A program made the position numbers and the translations under genes. Shown piece by piece: positions 1 to 14,600 of a DNA stretch of 64,000 bases. The notes below the pieces were generated by a model that saw only the letters and a program-made list of their open reading frames with translations, made no database searches and was not told the origin of the DNA. Source of the DNA: Enoplolaimus lenunculus (lineage: Eukaryota); assembly GCA_030248215.1 (NCBI GenBank), contig JASANG010001414.1, forward strand, positions 372,001 through 436,000. The letters run 5' to 3'. Numbering within the stretch: position 1 is the first letter of the stretch; each line of letters begins with the position of its first letter.

Positions 1-1926
1 CTTTTATCGCTTTTGCATATGAAGGCACTACATATGCATCAACGTTTTGCCGACTTGTCTCTATGCATCCGCATGTCACAACTCGTTTTTGAGTGATTCT
101 GGATGGGTTGCTGAGACACGACTTTAGTTAACTTCAGACTTTAACAAGTCAATTTCAGAGTTAAGTTTTGAAAGAGGTTTAACTTTACGGGTCGGATTTT
201 TTGATAAAATGGCAACCCCTGAAAGTGCGACCTGTTTCGTTTTAAAGTTCCCATCGTTTAACCACCAAAGAACCACGAAAGTTCCTTAAACTATTTGCAA
301 ACCGAATCTCAACAAAACTATGCTTAACACAAATAAGCTTCCTAAGGTTCAAATTTGTGAGCCGTTTTTATACCGAGTCCGTATAGTCGGGACTAAAGGC
401 AATTCTGGTGCGGTGGGCCTAAATTTTTGCATCGATACACAAAAATAGGCCAAACTTTGCCTTTGTGTGCCCATTGGGCATTTGCTTCCCAAAGTGCCAT
501 GGTTATAACAGCGCTGCCTAAATATCCTAAAGTTCCGCACTTACGGAAAATTGAATAGGTGCGTGTTCAAAAACTGGAAGGTCAAAATATGATAAACTAA
601 CGCCCAACTTTTTATTGGATTAGTGGTTTTATTAAGTCATGCTTGGGCACATAGGCTCGGGTTTAGGCTTGTGCGTGACAATCCTTCTCGATTTTTTAAC
701 CGTCAAGAGTACTCTCCCATATTTTTCCGTTCAGCAACATAGCGCAACGATACGTAACTTTTATTCACCTTTGCAAATGTTCGTGGTTTGCCCTCACAAA
801 CAAAAGCGGTTTATTACAAACTACTACGCATTTTATTTGGTCTCCCTGTTATACCCAACCCCGTATCAATTACGTCGTTTATTTATTGCATCATATTAGC
901 TGTTATCGCAATGACATATGTCACTGGGTTTACCCTGAAACTGATTTTTAAACCTCAAAATTGTTTGAAATACCTTTGATCGTTCTGTTGTTTTGAGCAA
1001 CTTTTAGAGTTACGTTTCATAGATAATATTCTGAGCAGGGTACAACCGGAATTCCGTCGGTATTTTTGGTATTGAAAATTATTTCTCATTTGAAGATTTT
1101 AGAACATTTGGCATATTCTAACTTAGTTCTCTAAAACTGCCCGAGCGTGTTTTCCCAAAATTTTTTGTGCATTAAGTACTCCACAGTTCGTCATATATTT
1201 CCACCTACTGCATTTGTTTCAAGATTTTGGCATTCTAAACGGTTTGTCTCCAGCATTAAAGCGATAAAATAGCGTTAAAAATTAATTTTTCATAAGTTTT
1301 TTATTTTCCAGTTCCGGTGTTATATTATTAACGTTCCTGTAGTATTATATCATTCTGATTGCACCCAGGTGGTGTCGAGAGACATGAAAACCTTCATGCT
1401 TAATACATGCGTCACGAAATCTGATGAGTTATAGACACAATTTTGTGAGCTGAAAACAAATTTTTTGTTAACTGCAGTACATAATGCTGATTTTACTGCA
1501 CGCTATGGCATATATATAAATCAACTTGCCAAATTCTACAAATATTTCTTTAAATTTCATTATTATCCAATCCACAGTTGGTTAGATGGAACTGGATAAA
1601 ACAGCGATGCTTCCAGTCTGAATCATTTGTGAAAACAATATTTAATTTCTAAATTCTGCTTGCACCTAATTTTTTGGTGATGTCGTAAAGTACCTTTGGC
1701 ACATCATAAACATAACATTTTTACTCAATCACATTAATATTAATATCAGCCGCAGTCAAAAAAGAGGTGATCAATAAAATTTATGGCAAAGTTTTATAGA
1801 AAGTCCTCATAAAAATAACGAAAGCCCCCACACATACATGCTCGCCCTTCCTTGCCAAAACATTATCGCCAAAAAATTATATGATAAAAATTGTCGTACG
1901 ATTATATTCAACTCAATGCGCCTGTA

Positions 1927-2132
1927 CACTGCAAAAAATGATGAGTCAAATTGACTCCGAAATAGGCTCTACGGGACTACACAAACTGAGTCAAATTCGA
2001 CTCCACCAGAGTCAAACGTGCGACTTTACTGAGTCGAATTTGACTCTGACGGAGTCGAATCCGACTCAGTTTGTGTAGTCCCGTAGAGCCTATTTCGGAG
2101 AGAGTCAATTTGACTCACCATTTTTTGCAGTG
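1927..2132. mobile_element. Foldback MITE with CACTG ends and TA TSD
   Basis: About 90-bp near-perfect inverted arms (CACTGCAAAAAATG...CATTTTTTGCAGTG), internal GAGTC/GACTC palindromic units, TA on both flanks. Confidence 0.9.
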
Positions 2133-2369
2133 TAATCAGTCTTGTTCGTAGTGGAATAATCGTTTTATACACGTACGCTCATTTAGAAACTGAGCCATTT
2201 ATACTGCAGGTTACGATGGCCCGTAGTATAAGAAAATGGTTGGTTCTTCAAGTTGTGCCCTTAGATAAAGACGCGTCACAGTTCAATGAGATGGTAATTA
2301 GACGTAGCACCAAAGCGTAAGCGAAACGGAATAATAACTCTGTTTATTTATATACAATGCAGAGTGCAG

Positions 2370-3660
2370 TTGGAATTCCAGGACCGGCATTTTTTCACCT
2401 TTCGGATCCTGTTCCGGTAAATTTTCACCGGAATTATAAATTACGGTACTAAGATTTGGGCGGTGAAAATTTAAGACATTTTACTAACAAATGACGATGA
2501 ACATGAAGTAGATTTCATTAGTCCTAGTATGCAAACCATGACAATCGCCGATAATAAACCATTGAAGATAGATTTCGCTTCCGTGAATTATGAAAATCTT
2601 AAATAAAGTGGATACTATGTGAATACTTATTTTTAACTGGGATATTTCACCAATTATATTGCAAAAAAAGAATATTAAAATCAATTTTTCGGTGGCATGT
2701 ATTTTTTGTTTTTCGGTTCGGTTTCCGGTAATTTTTTCAAATTCCGATTCCGGTGAGTTGTAATTCCGGTTGCACCCAAATATATATCAGGGTCCGGCAA
2801 ATTTGGACTTTCCGGTTCCGGTAAACTTTTACCGGAAATATAAATTCTGGTATTAAATTTTCGACGGTGGAAAATAAGATATATATTTTAAATGACGATA
2901 AAACTTATTTCATTTGTGTAGTATATAAACCTTGACAATCGCCGAAAATAAACCATAGACGATAGATTGCGCTTTCGTGGATTATGAAAATGTAAAAATA
3001 CAGCAGATAAAGTGAATACCTAAGGGTTATTTCACCAATAATATTGCAAAAAAGATTAAAATTAATTTTTTGGGGAGTGTATTCTTCATTTTACGGTACA
3101 GTTTCCGGTTCCGTTTCTAGTAGTTTTTCAAATTCCGGTTCCGGATTCGGTTCTGGTAAATTTTCATTCCGGTTGCACCCTGATACATACATTTATATCA
3201 GGGTGCAACCGGATACTAAAAACGGACGTATCCGGAGCCAAATAATCTAATATCCGGCCGGAGCCCGAATTGAAATCTAATACTAGATTGCTTTCAAATA
3301 TCAGAACGTAGCCTTACAGACAACCGAATCAACTAAATTTCTGGTGGCCAAAGCAAGCAATTTATTAGAAAGTAACCAATCTTCTAAACCAAATACCCAG
3401 CACTATTGAAGCTGTTGCATAATTAAAATCTATTTTTATAATTGTATGTTTTACGCTCATTATAATTAGCTTGTTGGTCAGGGTACTTGCCTTAGAGCAA
3501 CAAGTTAAAACAAGTGCTTGAGAAACCAAAATTGAGGTTTGGACACCAAAAAACGCAAAGTCGAGTTTCGGATATCTGAAATAGAAAATTAAATATCCGT
3601 ATAAATATCCGGCAAAAATTGCCGGATATCCCCGCATGAAAAAATATCCGATGATAGCCA
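2370..3660. mobile_element. Cluster of CCGG-rich hAT-like elements (CAGGGTGCAACCGGA-type ends), including a ~410-bp tandem duplication
   Basis: About 2380-2780 is similar to 2800-3182; ends CAGGGT...TTGCACCCTG; related pieces at about 1037, 18690, 31437 and 31799. Confidence 0.6.
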
Positions 3661-4258
3661 TAAGGAGATATTATGAGTGGAAAACAGCCAATTACAAATA
3701 TGTTGCTGTTTTTTTGTGTATATCTTAAGCTTTTTCTATCTTCCGAGCCGCTGAAATTACTTTTACAATGAAATAACACCAAAATATTTTTTCGGCAAAA
3801 TATCATGGGGGTTAAGGTGTTATGCCTTATGGGGACAAAATATGTGGAGGGAGCTACATTCTCCTACATGGGGTGCAAAATATCATGACTGGATTAAACT
3901 GTCATACCGTATGATGGTGAGCAACCCATAATGGGCCCAAAATATCATGGATAAGTGTGCTAAATTGTCATATGGGTGACAAAATATCACACAGAGGGTA
4001 AAATATGCGACTAGTGTAGCTGTACCAGGACCATTTTAATGTTCGAACCGACGCAAAGCTATCTACCTTTCGTTAAATGTAAAAGAAATGTTAAATGTTC
4101 CGCTTCAATGCCCCCAGGATTAAAACTATACCACGGCAAATGCGCTTGAACCATTATTCATTTTCGTTACAGAGATTAAAAGTAACTTTGTTTTGCGATC
4201 CGTAAACATCAGTTAATCCTGCCTTTACTTCGCTTAACTGCATAATCCCGAAGGCACA

Positions 4259-4365
4259 GCAGCTAATCCAAAAACGAGCGGGCATCAGCTAATCCAAAAA
4301 CGAGGGGGCATCAGCTAATCCAAAAACGAGGGGGGCATCAGCTAATCCAAAAACGAGGGGGGCAT
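4259..4365. repeat. Minisatellite, ~26-27 bp x4 (CAGCTAATCCAAAAACGAGGGGGCAT)
   Basis: Direct reading of the sequence. Confidence 0.9.
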
Positions 4366-4863
4366 ACGCCGATTCGTGATATATATTGGCAAACTAAACA
4401 TCGTGACCGAAGCCATCACGAAACAAAAAAATACAATTTGATATAAAAATTTGTAAGGTTGGGTCAACATTAATTTTTTCAGATAATCTTAAATTCTATG
4501 TCGTGCAAACTCTTCTGACTTTAAAAATTTAAGGGATTGATCTTTCTGCTCTTTGCTGCTGTGACCAACTGCATAATCCTATGCATGAAATTTAAACAGT
4601 TTGAATAGTGGAGTTTTAGTTTATTTTAGAATTAGTTCTATAGCTTATGTATGCTATGGTTCATTATGGATTAATTGTTTTTGCAACGTAATTTTACCGT
4701 TTTAAATCTTTTTATTCAGTGAGTTTACGCTTTGAGACGCTATATATTTGGTCACGGCCGGGAGTACACCAGGCCAGGTTGCCTATCAAGTGACCGATGA
4801 TGCCAACATTAGATTCTATAAGGCCCTAAATGATTCATTAAGGCACAATGTGATGCACCTAAA

Positions 4864-5179
4864 GGCCCATGTATAGAACAGGGCCCGATTGTTTTCCGGT
4901 GGAGCCGTTCAGTTTAAGCTTTAGACTAACTTTTATGCTTAGGCTTGTGCTTAGACTTAGAGCTAGGCATAGGAATAGGCTCTTCCTTACGCTTAGGCTT
5001 AGGCTTAGGCTTAGCCTTAGGCTTAGGCTTAGGCTTAGGCTTATGAATAGGTTCATCCATACGCTTAGGCTTAGGCTTAGGCTTAGGCTTAGGAATAGGT
5101 TCATCCATACGCTTAGGCTTAGGCTTAGGCTTAGGAATATGCTTATACTACTGTTCTGGCCCTGTTCCATACATTGGCC
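4864..5179 (+). mobile_element. TTAGGC-bearing MITE, full copy
   Basis: TIRs GGCCCATGTATAGAACAGGGCC / GGCCCTGTTCCATACATTGGCC around a long TTAGGC array; TSD degenerate (cacctaaa/cacgaaat). Confidence 0.9.
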
Positions 5180-5620
5180 CACGAAATGACCTCTTGTTAG
5201 TTGTCCATTGCCGTTCGCATATGCCCGATTCAAAAGAAAAAGTAATCCAAATGAACATATTTTGCGTACTTCTTCACATTCGATGTGTTAGGACGTTTGA
5301 AGGTTTTGGAATGGCTAGAACGTCACCTAATATTCTTCAAGTGTGACCAAAACATTTACTGAGCCAATCAGAGCGAAGGTAGCGGGTACTAGCTTTGACA
5401 CAGCGTGTACTGCAACTAGACGGCGCAACAAATCACAAACACAACAAGTTAAAAAATTTCATTTTTAACATACCCTTGAAGTTGCTTTTTGAATCAATCC
5501 AAATAAATAATTTACACCTTTGTTCGCTTAGTATTTTGCTGATTCAGTAATTTTACCTGAGTATTTGCAAATACACAGTTCAGCGTCAGCCGCAATTAAT
5601 TATGTATTTTAGAGCTTATT

Positions 5621-8600
5621 ATGGATTTAAAATATCTAAACAGTTACCATGTAGCGTATTTGACGTTTATCTGCTTGTTGGTTCAACCTACGACAAGTTA
5701 TCCTTGCACAACAGAAGGTAAGCAGTTAAACTAATATATCTGGTATTCCCACTAACCACTGAATTATACGTTTTTTTGTCTTGGGTCAATAACTTGCGCG
5801 ATAATGTAATGTTATACTTAGAAATGTACTTTTAAAATTTAAGTACGCTTTAAAGTTTCGAACTCAAATTATTTGGACCTGGGCTCATTTATGAGCTGCA
5901 ATTAGAAATAATTGACCTTATTGGACTCTAATTAGGGTTTAGGGACGCTATCCGCTTACGGACGATTATTAGGGATACGGAATCCAACTGATTGGAACTC
6001 AAATTGGGAATCCCTTCTTTATTACCCCCCTCTTGTTCGGGTCACTTTAGTATATACTTAAGCCGTCACCCACATTTACCCACCCTTATTTTTTGCGCCG
6101 CAAATACAGAAATGTTTCCGACTAAAATGAAAATTTGAGTAACAATTACTTTTCACAAAACGGTAAAATGAGTTGTTAAATAAACCGCATTTGTGTGCCA
6201 TTTGTTATCCAAATTTTAGGCAGGTAAAAACTAACAAATTTTTACCAGCACTTTGAAATTTGTTAACGTCAGTAATTTCTCACCCAGACCATACTTTACT
6301 GTACATGGTACTGATTTTAGATTCGCGTTTTAATTTTTGTACTCAAATGCGTATGTGATTTCTGAAAAAGCATTATTTGACAGACTGGTGTACCGAACAA
6401 GCGCAAGATGCGTTACTGATCGATTTGTTTAAAAACTATAAAAACGTCGTCCGTCCAGTACTTAATGGAAGCGATGACGAACCGACTACGGTGACAGTTG
6501 GACTTGAGCTAATGTTGCTTGTCAACGTGGTACCGTACGCTTTTGTTACGTGTCACTCGAACGAGTTTAATTTTAGAATCCAGTATTTCCCGTTTTTAAA
6601 CCTTGCATTAATTATTTAACGATTATTTTGTTACATTTTTCATGAAAGTTTTTCGATAAGTTTGTAGCAACGTAATTTTTGTGAAAAACATTAAACTTTT
6701 TTGACACATTTATTGTCTTGCCTTTTGTGCGAACATCCTGTGTTCAACATTGGAGGCTTTATAATTTGTTGGAAGTGTTATGATCTATATATTAAAGCTG
6801 GAACGCCCCACATACGTATTTTGGGAAACTTTCCAGCATTACTTTATTTACAATAATTCGTTAAGAAGTACGCCTGATTGTTCCATGAAAAAAATATTTG
6901 CAAGGAATTTTTTGCGCTTCTGGCTAACTTCTGCACATTGCGCAAAGCTGGCAGACTAGTAGACTTTATTACCGTAAACAAATTTAATTTGAAGTTCAGC
7001 AACAGTTCAAAACGTTTCTTTTGCTTTATAGTTAAAATCTGAAACTATCTAGTGTGAGCGACTTAATTATTGGATGCTGTGAACACATTGGCTGAGTTGC
7101 AGAAACATGGTTTCAGTTCGATTTAGATTGAAGATAATTTACTTAACTTTTGAAGCTCATATTTAAGTCCAAAGTTTTTAGAGACGCCCTTTCTTGCCTG
7201 ATTAATCGATGTTTTGCTTCTAGTACACCCTATGCAATGAGATAAATGATTCGACTGAAAATATAAAAATATTCATACCTTCAGTTTATATACTTAAGTC
7301 GGTCTTCTGACTTGGGTCAAGAATCGACTTGAGTCAGCGGTCACCTTGAAGTTATATCTCTGCAATTAAGTCATTTTCCTGCATTTATATGGATTAGATT
7401 TTTATAAAATATTTATAAGTTCCGCGAAAAATGCCTGGTTCATCTCTGTTCTGTATCATTGAAATATTTTTGATATAAAATTAACTGCCATTTAAAATAG
7501 CGTTAAAGTTGACAAAGTAGCACTAAATGTTTTAAGCTGCCCACTACACCTAATTTTTGAATCCAATTGTTTCAGTGTCTTTTTCTGTTTCAGGATGAAC
7601 GAAATCAAATTGTGCATACAAACGTCTGGATACCAATGGTAAATTTCAATCTACTTTGTTTTCCGCTAGGTCAAGTATACTTTAATCAGTTAGTATTTCT
7701 GGCTATTTCTGCGTTAATAACAGTAAATATTAACTCACTCTGAGTTGCTTAATTCCGGATGAGTTGATTAAACTCAAAATGAGTTTCCATCAATTCAGCC
7801 GTGTTTTAGGTTTTCGCATATTTGAACTTTTGAGTTATTTCCCTGTCCGTCCGTTCCATACTCAAATGTTCATTTTTGGTGAATTTGATTTTTTGAGCTG
7901 CTAAGTTCCAAAAAATGGGGGAAAACAAACAATTATTACACTATTCGACGCAGTTGGTGAAGCTGAGTCGAATGATGTTAAATTTTTCTGAAGTTTTCCA
8001 GCGGTTCGCGAGTTAGATGAAATAACTAACTTGGCGGTCAGCCTAATTACAGACGTGGATGGATCCTCAACTGCAATGGAACAAAGAAGTCTACAGTAAC
8101 ATTACTATTCTTCAAGTTCCGCCCGACAAAGTATGGCTACCGGATATCGTACTATTTAACAAGTAAACCGGATTGATTTTCGTGTCATTTGAACGAAGTT
8201 TAGTCGTATAATTGAATTTGAGTTTAACCTTTGCTCACATGAATATCTTCAATTTCATATGAGATGCACTTTCAAGGTAAGATTCGGTCCCTAGTCTCTC
8301 GGTTGCACTGCGCATATATGTTAGAGTTGTTAAAAACTCCTCACAATGCCTATGTTGCTCATATATTACTCGTATTTAGTTGCTCATAGTATACTCTTTG
8401 AGTTAATGGATTATAGATACTAACTGAGAATTTTTCCATTAACAATTTCTCAGATGAATATTTTGAATTTCATATGGGATGCACATTCAAGTTAAGATTC
8501 GATCCCCAGTCTCTGGGGTATGAGGCGTTTACGATGACCAATCAGCTATACGAGCTTGACGCTCGTGCTCGAGAGGGCTCTCACTTCTTGTAGAGATTTT

Positions 8601-11600
8601 ACACTGCGCATATATGTTAGAATTGTTAAACACTTCTCGCAGAGTCTGTGTTGCTCATATATATTACTTGTATTTAGTTGCTTATAGTATACTCTGTGAG
8701 CTAATGGGATAAAAGTTGTAGGAGCTCAACTTTGAGCTGAGAATTTGTCGACTACCGTGAATTTACGATGGGTAGGCGGACGTACTCGAACATTCTTTAA
8801 TGCAGGACAATAATTGTTGTAAATAATTTCGGCCAATGTGTAGAACTGGGCTGTTACAGTAGCAAACAATATTCCTAAGCATTAGCTTAAGCCTAAGCTT
8901 AAAAATGAGCTTATACCTAAGCTAGATCCTAAGCCTAAGCAACAAAAATTAGTGTAAACATTATGCCAACTTTATAGCAGTTCCGTAGAAAACGTTCCGC
9001 CGCTGATCTTTACATAGGCCATAATTTCGAAGAGTGAGGAGATTTTTTTAAATATACACTGTTGTATGTAGTTATAGATTTGTAGAACCTAATAACGGCT
9101 TAATTGAAACGCAGACGACGGAAAACGTTAGGTATAGCGAACCTCAGCACTCTAGCGTTTTCTAATATTTTACTAAACGCAATCAAGGTTTGTCTGATTT
9201 ACCTGCTACAAAATCTGAACAATGCTTACAAATAAATTTAAAATCAAACGAGGGTTTGTACAGAGCAACTCAAACGTAAAATGAAATCCTGTTCAATTTT
9301 CAGCGCTGACGGCCAGTATGAAGCGACTTATTTTTCAAATGTTGTCATTCGAAATGATGGACGTGTTCAATGGATTCCGCCGGCAATTTTTAAATCCTCG
9401 TGTCGAATGGATGTTGAATTTTTTCCATTTGACTCACAAACTTGTACAATGAGTATGGGATCGTGGACGTACGATAAAGATGAGGTTAACAGACGGATCG
9501 GTCCCTGTTTTAAAGTATCCGTTACTGATATATATAACAGCGCCAGCATTAGGCATTTACCCCTGACAGCAGAAAACAAAATCGAAACTTTGAATTAAAA
9601 TGATGATGTTAAGATACAAATTTGTTCCCTGTTTTGAGTATCCACCACTGAGATATTTGTGGGAGCCAGCCATGCACGCACCTTTCAACAGAAATCGAAA
9701 CCAAAATTTGGTATTAACATTTTAATACTAAAATTGCGTCTGGCATCTCGTTCGAAACATTTTTCCTCATATATTGTGCGCTACCAGTCTGAAATTTTTG
9801 GATGAGCTACATGGCTTTCTTGCAACCAGATATAAACCGGAATATCCTGCAAAATGGCATATAATCAGCATCAGAATTTTATCCGATCCACAACAACATT
9901 TTGAAATCAAATTATTTTCGCACAGTTTAAAACTGTAACATAACCTGCTGTGCCGTTTCAACGTTGAAAGTGAAATTGAATTGTGATTTTTTTCAATATA
10001 TTAAGCTATATTGTATCCAATTAAGCGGAGTCGAATTTGTTCAGTACCGCACCTTGCGTTATCCAACGCCTCAGGTTCCCAAACCAATTTTTGCCCCCTC
10101 ATATTAAAAAGAATCATTTTAGACCATATACAGTGATGTCCATCCGGTTGAAGCACACCTCGCAGCGTACTTTGTCTTCTACGTTGGGGGCTAAACATGG
10201 CGCTGGAAACTTTGCAAGATATTGAAAATTTAATGCTGATAATATTTGATTTAGTGCAAAATCAACACATCAGACAATAGTCGTAATCCCAAGCCTAAAT
10301 AACGACTAGAGTAGAAGTATATGGTATTTCAGGTCAAACTGGTCTTAATGTCAAACGGCATCGATTTGAGTCAATTTTCAAAAAGTACCATCTGGGACCT
10401 TTGGGATGTTCCCATTTCGTTGAACTCGAAAACCAACCGTGTCGGCTTCACTTTGATGTTGAAACGCAAAGCGCTATTCTATTCGTGGGTCCTACTCATT
10501 CCGTCCGTTCTGCTCGCGATTATCAGCGCAATTGTATTCTATATGCCAACTGAATCTCGTGAAAAAATTGGTCTGTCCATTTATGTCTTGCTTTCCATTG
10601 ATTTTTTCTTAGTTATGGTGTCAAAAATTCTACCCCAAACGTCGGACAGCGTCCCGCTAATGGCAAAGTATCAAGTGTTAACGTTCGGCATGAATATTGT
10701 TACCATGCTTGTTCAAGTTGTAATTATTAATGTATTTTATCGAGCTCCAGACTCGCATGTGATGCCGAGATACGTCAAACGTTACGTACTTGGATTAATG
10801 TCACGGTTGTTATGTATGCGTCGGCCTGATAGAAGACCTATTCATGCATTGCCGTATGGTAAAAAGTCGTCCAAAACAGCCTTAGCCGCAACAAGTGCTG
10901 GTAAGTGAGCAAAACATGGACGCAGATGGATAACAAACAGCGAACGTATGGTGTTTCTGGCACATGTACAGATCAGGGGTCGACCGTTTACCGTGGGAAT
11001 GCTATGAAGAAATTTCAAGCATTAAACGTTTAGATACAATCTTTTCTTTAAGGTTACGCTTATGCGTAGACTTAGGTATAGGCTTAGGAATATGCTTATA
11101 CTACTGTTATGGCCGTGACATATAAACTTGTCGTGTTTCTTAATACAGGTACCTGGTTTCCACAGCGCTCCACGTCAATGAAAAATAGGTTAGAGTTTTG
11201 CACTTTACCGCGTTTGGTAGTAAGGTACCACAACATTAATGTGGGTATCACCTACGGCATATCATTACTAAATTTGAAACGTCAAAACAAAACATTGCCA
11301 ACGTCTATAATCAGCCTAATAATACTAATAATAATATAATAATAATAATATAATAATAATAATAATAATAATAATAGTAACACAATCATCAATAGCGGAT
11401 CCCGAAATTTTTGATGAGGGAGGTTGTGGGATATATTAAATTTGAAAGAAGCTTGTGAGCGAAGCAAGCAAGAACCAAAACACAATTTAAGTTCTAGATC
11501 GTGACACAAGTTTTTTATTCTGATCCCTGTTGGGGACCTAGGCCTCGATGGACTCTTGGAACCGCCAGTGATAACGACACTATTCAATAGTTATCAGTCG

Positions 11601-14600
11601 GAATAAACATCCTTGTAGTTTCCGAGATAAAACTGACAGGTAAATAATGAGCTGAATCAATTCATAGAGAAAATTAGTTGTTTTTCGTTATTTCTGAGTT
11701 AAACAGTAAATATTAACTCACTCTGAGCTGATTTAATTCTGGATGGTTTGATTAATTAACTCAAAATGATTTCAATCAATTCCGAATTCTGAGTTCTAAA
11801 AGACCTAATTCAAAACTCAGGCTTGTGAGCGGTAAATCTTGGGCTCACCATTTTTAAGGAACATCTAAATTTTTCACATTTAAGCTCTCGCATTGGAAGT
11901 AACGCAGCCCCTACTGCAAGAAAGTGTTGAACCGCGACAATTTCGATTATTCGAAGAAAAGCATCATCCAAAATGCCCGTTTGCATCAGTTCAACAGCAG
12001 TCAACAACGCTTGAAACGTACACGGATCGTTACAGTTCATCGACCAGAATTCAAGGTATTTTGCATATTTTCGAAACTGCATTCTCAAATGTGTATAGCA
12101 TCTATCAACCAGATAGTGATTCATTTTTATGATATGTAACGCACTAAACAGCCGTCTATTGCAATTTGCACGCAGTGAAGAGAGAAGAATTGCAGAAACT
12201 GTTCAAAATCGATGCATGAATTCTCTGAGTAAATTAAACGTATCTCACAGACAAGTAATACTTTTCTGCGAAGTTAAATCTTTCTTCATGCAAAATGCTT
12301 TACCTTCAAATTTGCAATTTGCGTTCAAAATTTGCACAATGTCAACAGAGCGTAGCCAGGAGTTTAGTTCGCGAGAGTATAGTAACTTCACATGACAAAA
12401 TTACGACGTTTGGGATCAGGTTTACTCGAAAGCCTGTTAAAAGTGGTTTTATTGTTGTCTCTAGAAATTTCACAACAGGATATATTCCTTGTATCTTAAT
12501 CCTTGCATACGCACCTACAAGTCGAAGGATTGAGCGTTGTAGGTTTGGTAACGACAACAATCAAACGAAGCATTGCAAGCAGGGACGTTGCGAGGATTTC
12601 AGGATTTCAGCTCGAGAGGGCCTCAAATAAAATGAATTTGTCGACCTTAAATATTCAGAGGATTGCTAAAACCCTGTTATGCTTTTTTGTTTCTGCAGAA
12701 ATTTTGGAAAGGGATATATTCCTTTTTTGCTCCGCTTATATACGCCCCTGACGCAAAGGACTCATGTATAGAACAGGGCCGGAACAGTAGTAGAAGCATA
12801 TTCCGAAGCCTAAGCCTAAGCCTATGGATGAACCTATTCTTAAGCTTAAGCCTAAGTCTAAGCCTAAGCCTAAGCGTAGGGATGAACCAATTCCTAAGCC
12901 TAAGCGTATGGATGAACCTATTCTTAAGCTTAAGCCTAAGTCTAAGCCTAAGCCTAAGCGTAGGGATGAACCTATTCCTAAGCCTAAGCCTAAGCCAAAG
13001 AATTGATTTAAAGCTTAAACTGACTCTATTATAGCACCTCCGTAAAACGATCCGGCCCTGTTCTATACATGGGCCACGCAAGGTATGCTGGAATATGACC
13101 GTTGTCTTTAATATTTTAAAGATGACACTGCAAGACGTGTAAGCGAAATTACAACACATCCCATTTTGTCGTACAATACAACACGCATTGTGAAACGAAT
13201 ACAATTTGTTACGACGCATTTGAAGAATAACGCAGAGACTAAATCAGTTAGTTTCAAATGAATTTGTTTCAATTAACTGCCAAATTCGTTGCCAGCGGTG
13301 CTGTCGGAAAACTCCTATACGATAATTTTGGTTTTAACCAGAAGATATTTAGCCCCCTCCCCTCCTGTTGTAAGCCATTCTAAATCTCCGCATAGCTTAA
13401 CCTTGTCGGAGTTGAACCGGGTACGGACCGGAACTTTATCCTCCGAGATTGTTTCATATCTGTCTAAAATTAAACAAATCTGACACTGCGCAAAAATTTG
13501 TTATTCTGGTTTCGTTAATTACCATAAGTTGTTGTTTGATTCATTTTTGAGACGGCCTGGAGGCCGTCTCTATTAAAAGTAGATGTTTCGGGGTGTAAAT
13601 TTTACCAAAAACTGTAATTGTGAAGTAAGTGAATTTATACTGTTTAAAAGGCGTTTGCATTTTTGCATTTAGCTAGACATTTTATAATTACGTCAGAAGT
13701 AAACTTTCCAAAAAATAGAATTTTTCTGATCAAAACTGGAGAACTGCACCCCCTGATAAATTCAATTTGGACCCCCTGTTTTTTTACGAAATCCTATTTT
13801 TGATTCTTCAATGTTTAAAATTGCCATCGCTTGAGGGTAATTTGCATATTGATATGTACGAGGAGTTTACACATTGATGTAGAAACCACGATTTGTAATT
13901 TACATTTACACACGGAATATGTATTGTTGCTTTACACACTGCTGCCTAAAGTTAGATATATACCAAAAAGGAAATATCACAAACAATACAGTACGCAAGG
14001 GTGGATCCAGGGGAGGGGATGGGGGATGCATTCCCACACAGGCTGCCGAGTGTAAATTTTTAAGGGTTAAAATCAAACATCAAGTTTATGCAAATATTTG
14101 TTAGATATCTCAAAATTTCACAGTTGTTTAGGACTTTGAACCGAAACTAATCAAAACTAATTTTCTATGTGTTGTGACCATTAGCAGAAATGAATAATGC
14201 ACCATCCTTCCGGCGTTTAACATTTTCCACTTGTGTATCTCCACCAGGAATTTCTGCATCCGCCATTGAGAGCAACATATGGGTATCATGATTCGATAGC
14301 CGAGTGGATGATTTCTTGCGCTTTAGCTGTACAGGATAAGTGGTTCGAACCACAGTGGTTTAGGACAATTTTGCTTCGCCAAATTATGTTATGTAAAATA
14401 TAACTTTAAATAATGCAAACATAATTCAAGCATTTAAGAAAACTGGATATGCGGATCTCTAGGATTTTTGGGTCCAATGACCAGCAGCATGTAACCTGCC
14501 ACGATTTAAAACGTGAGCAGAGCGAGACAAACTATATTAATGCAGGCTCAGCTAATTTTTTGGGAAGAACACTGCACCAGACAGGGCGCTCGGAGTACGT

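Noticed and set aside
4859..5233. Poly-RL, poly-SL and poly-PK ORFs (also 12663-13219, 27108, 32543, 53667)
   Set aside because: These are translations of TTAGGC/GCCTAA repeats inside MITEs; start codon and frame are not conserved between copies.
10333..10470. nAChR alpha-subunit call
   Set aside because: Loop C lacks the vicinal cysteines.
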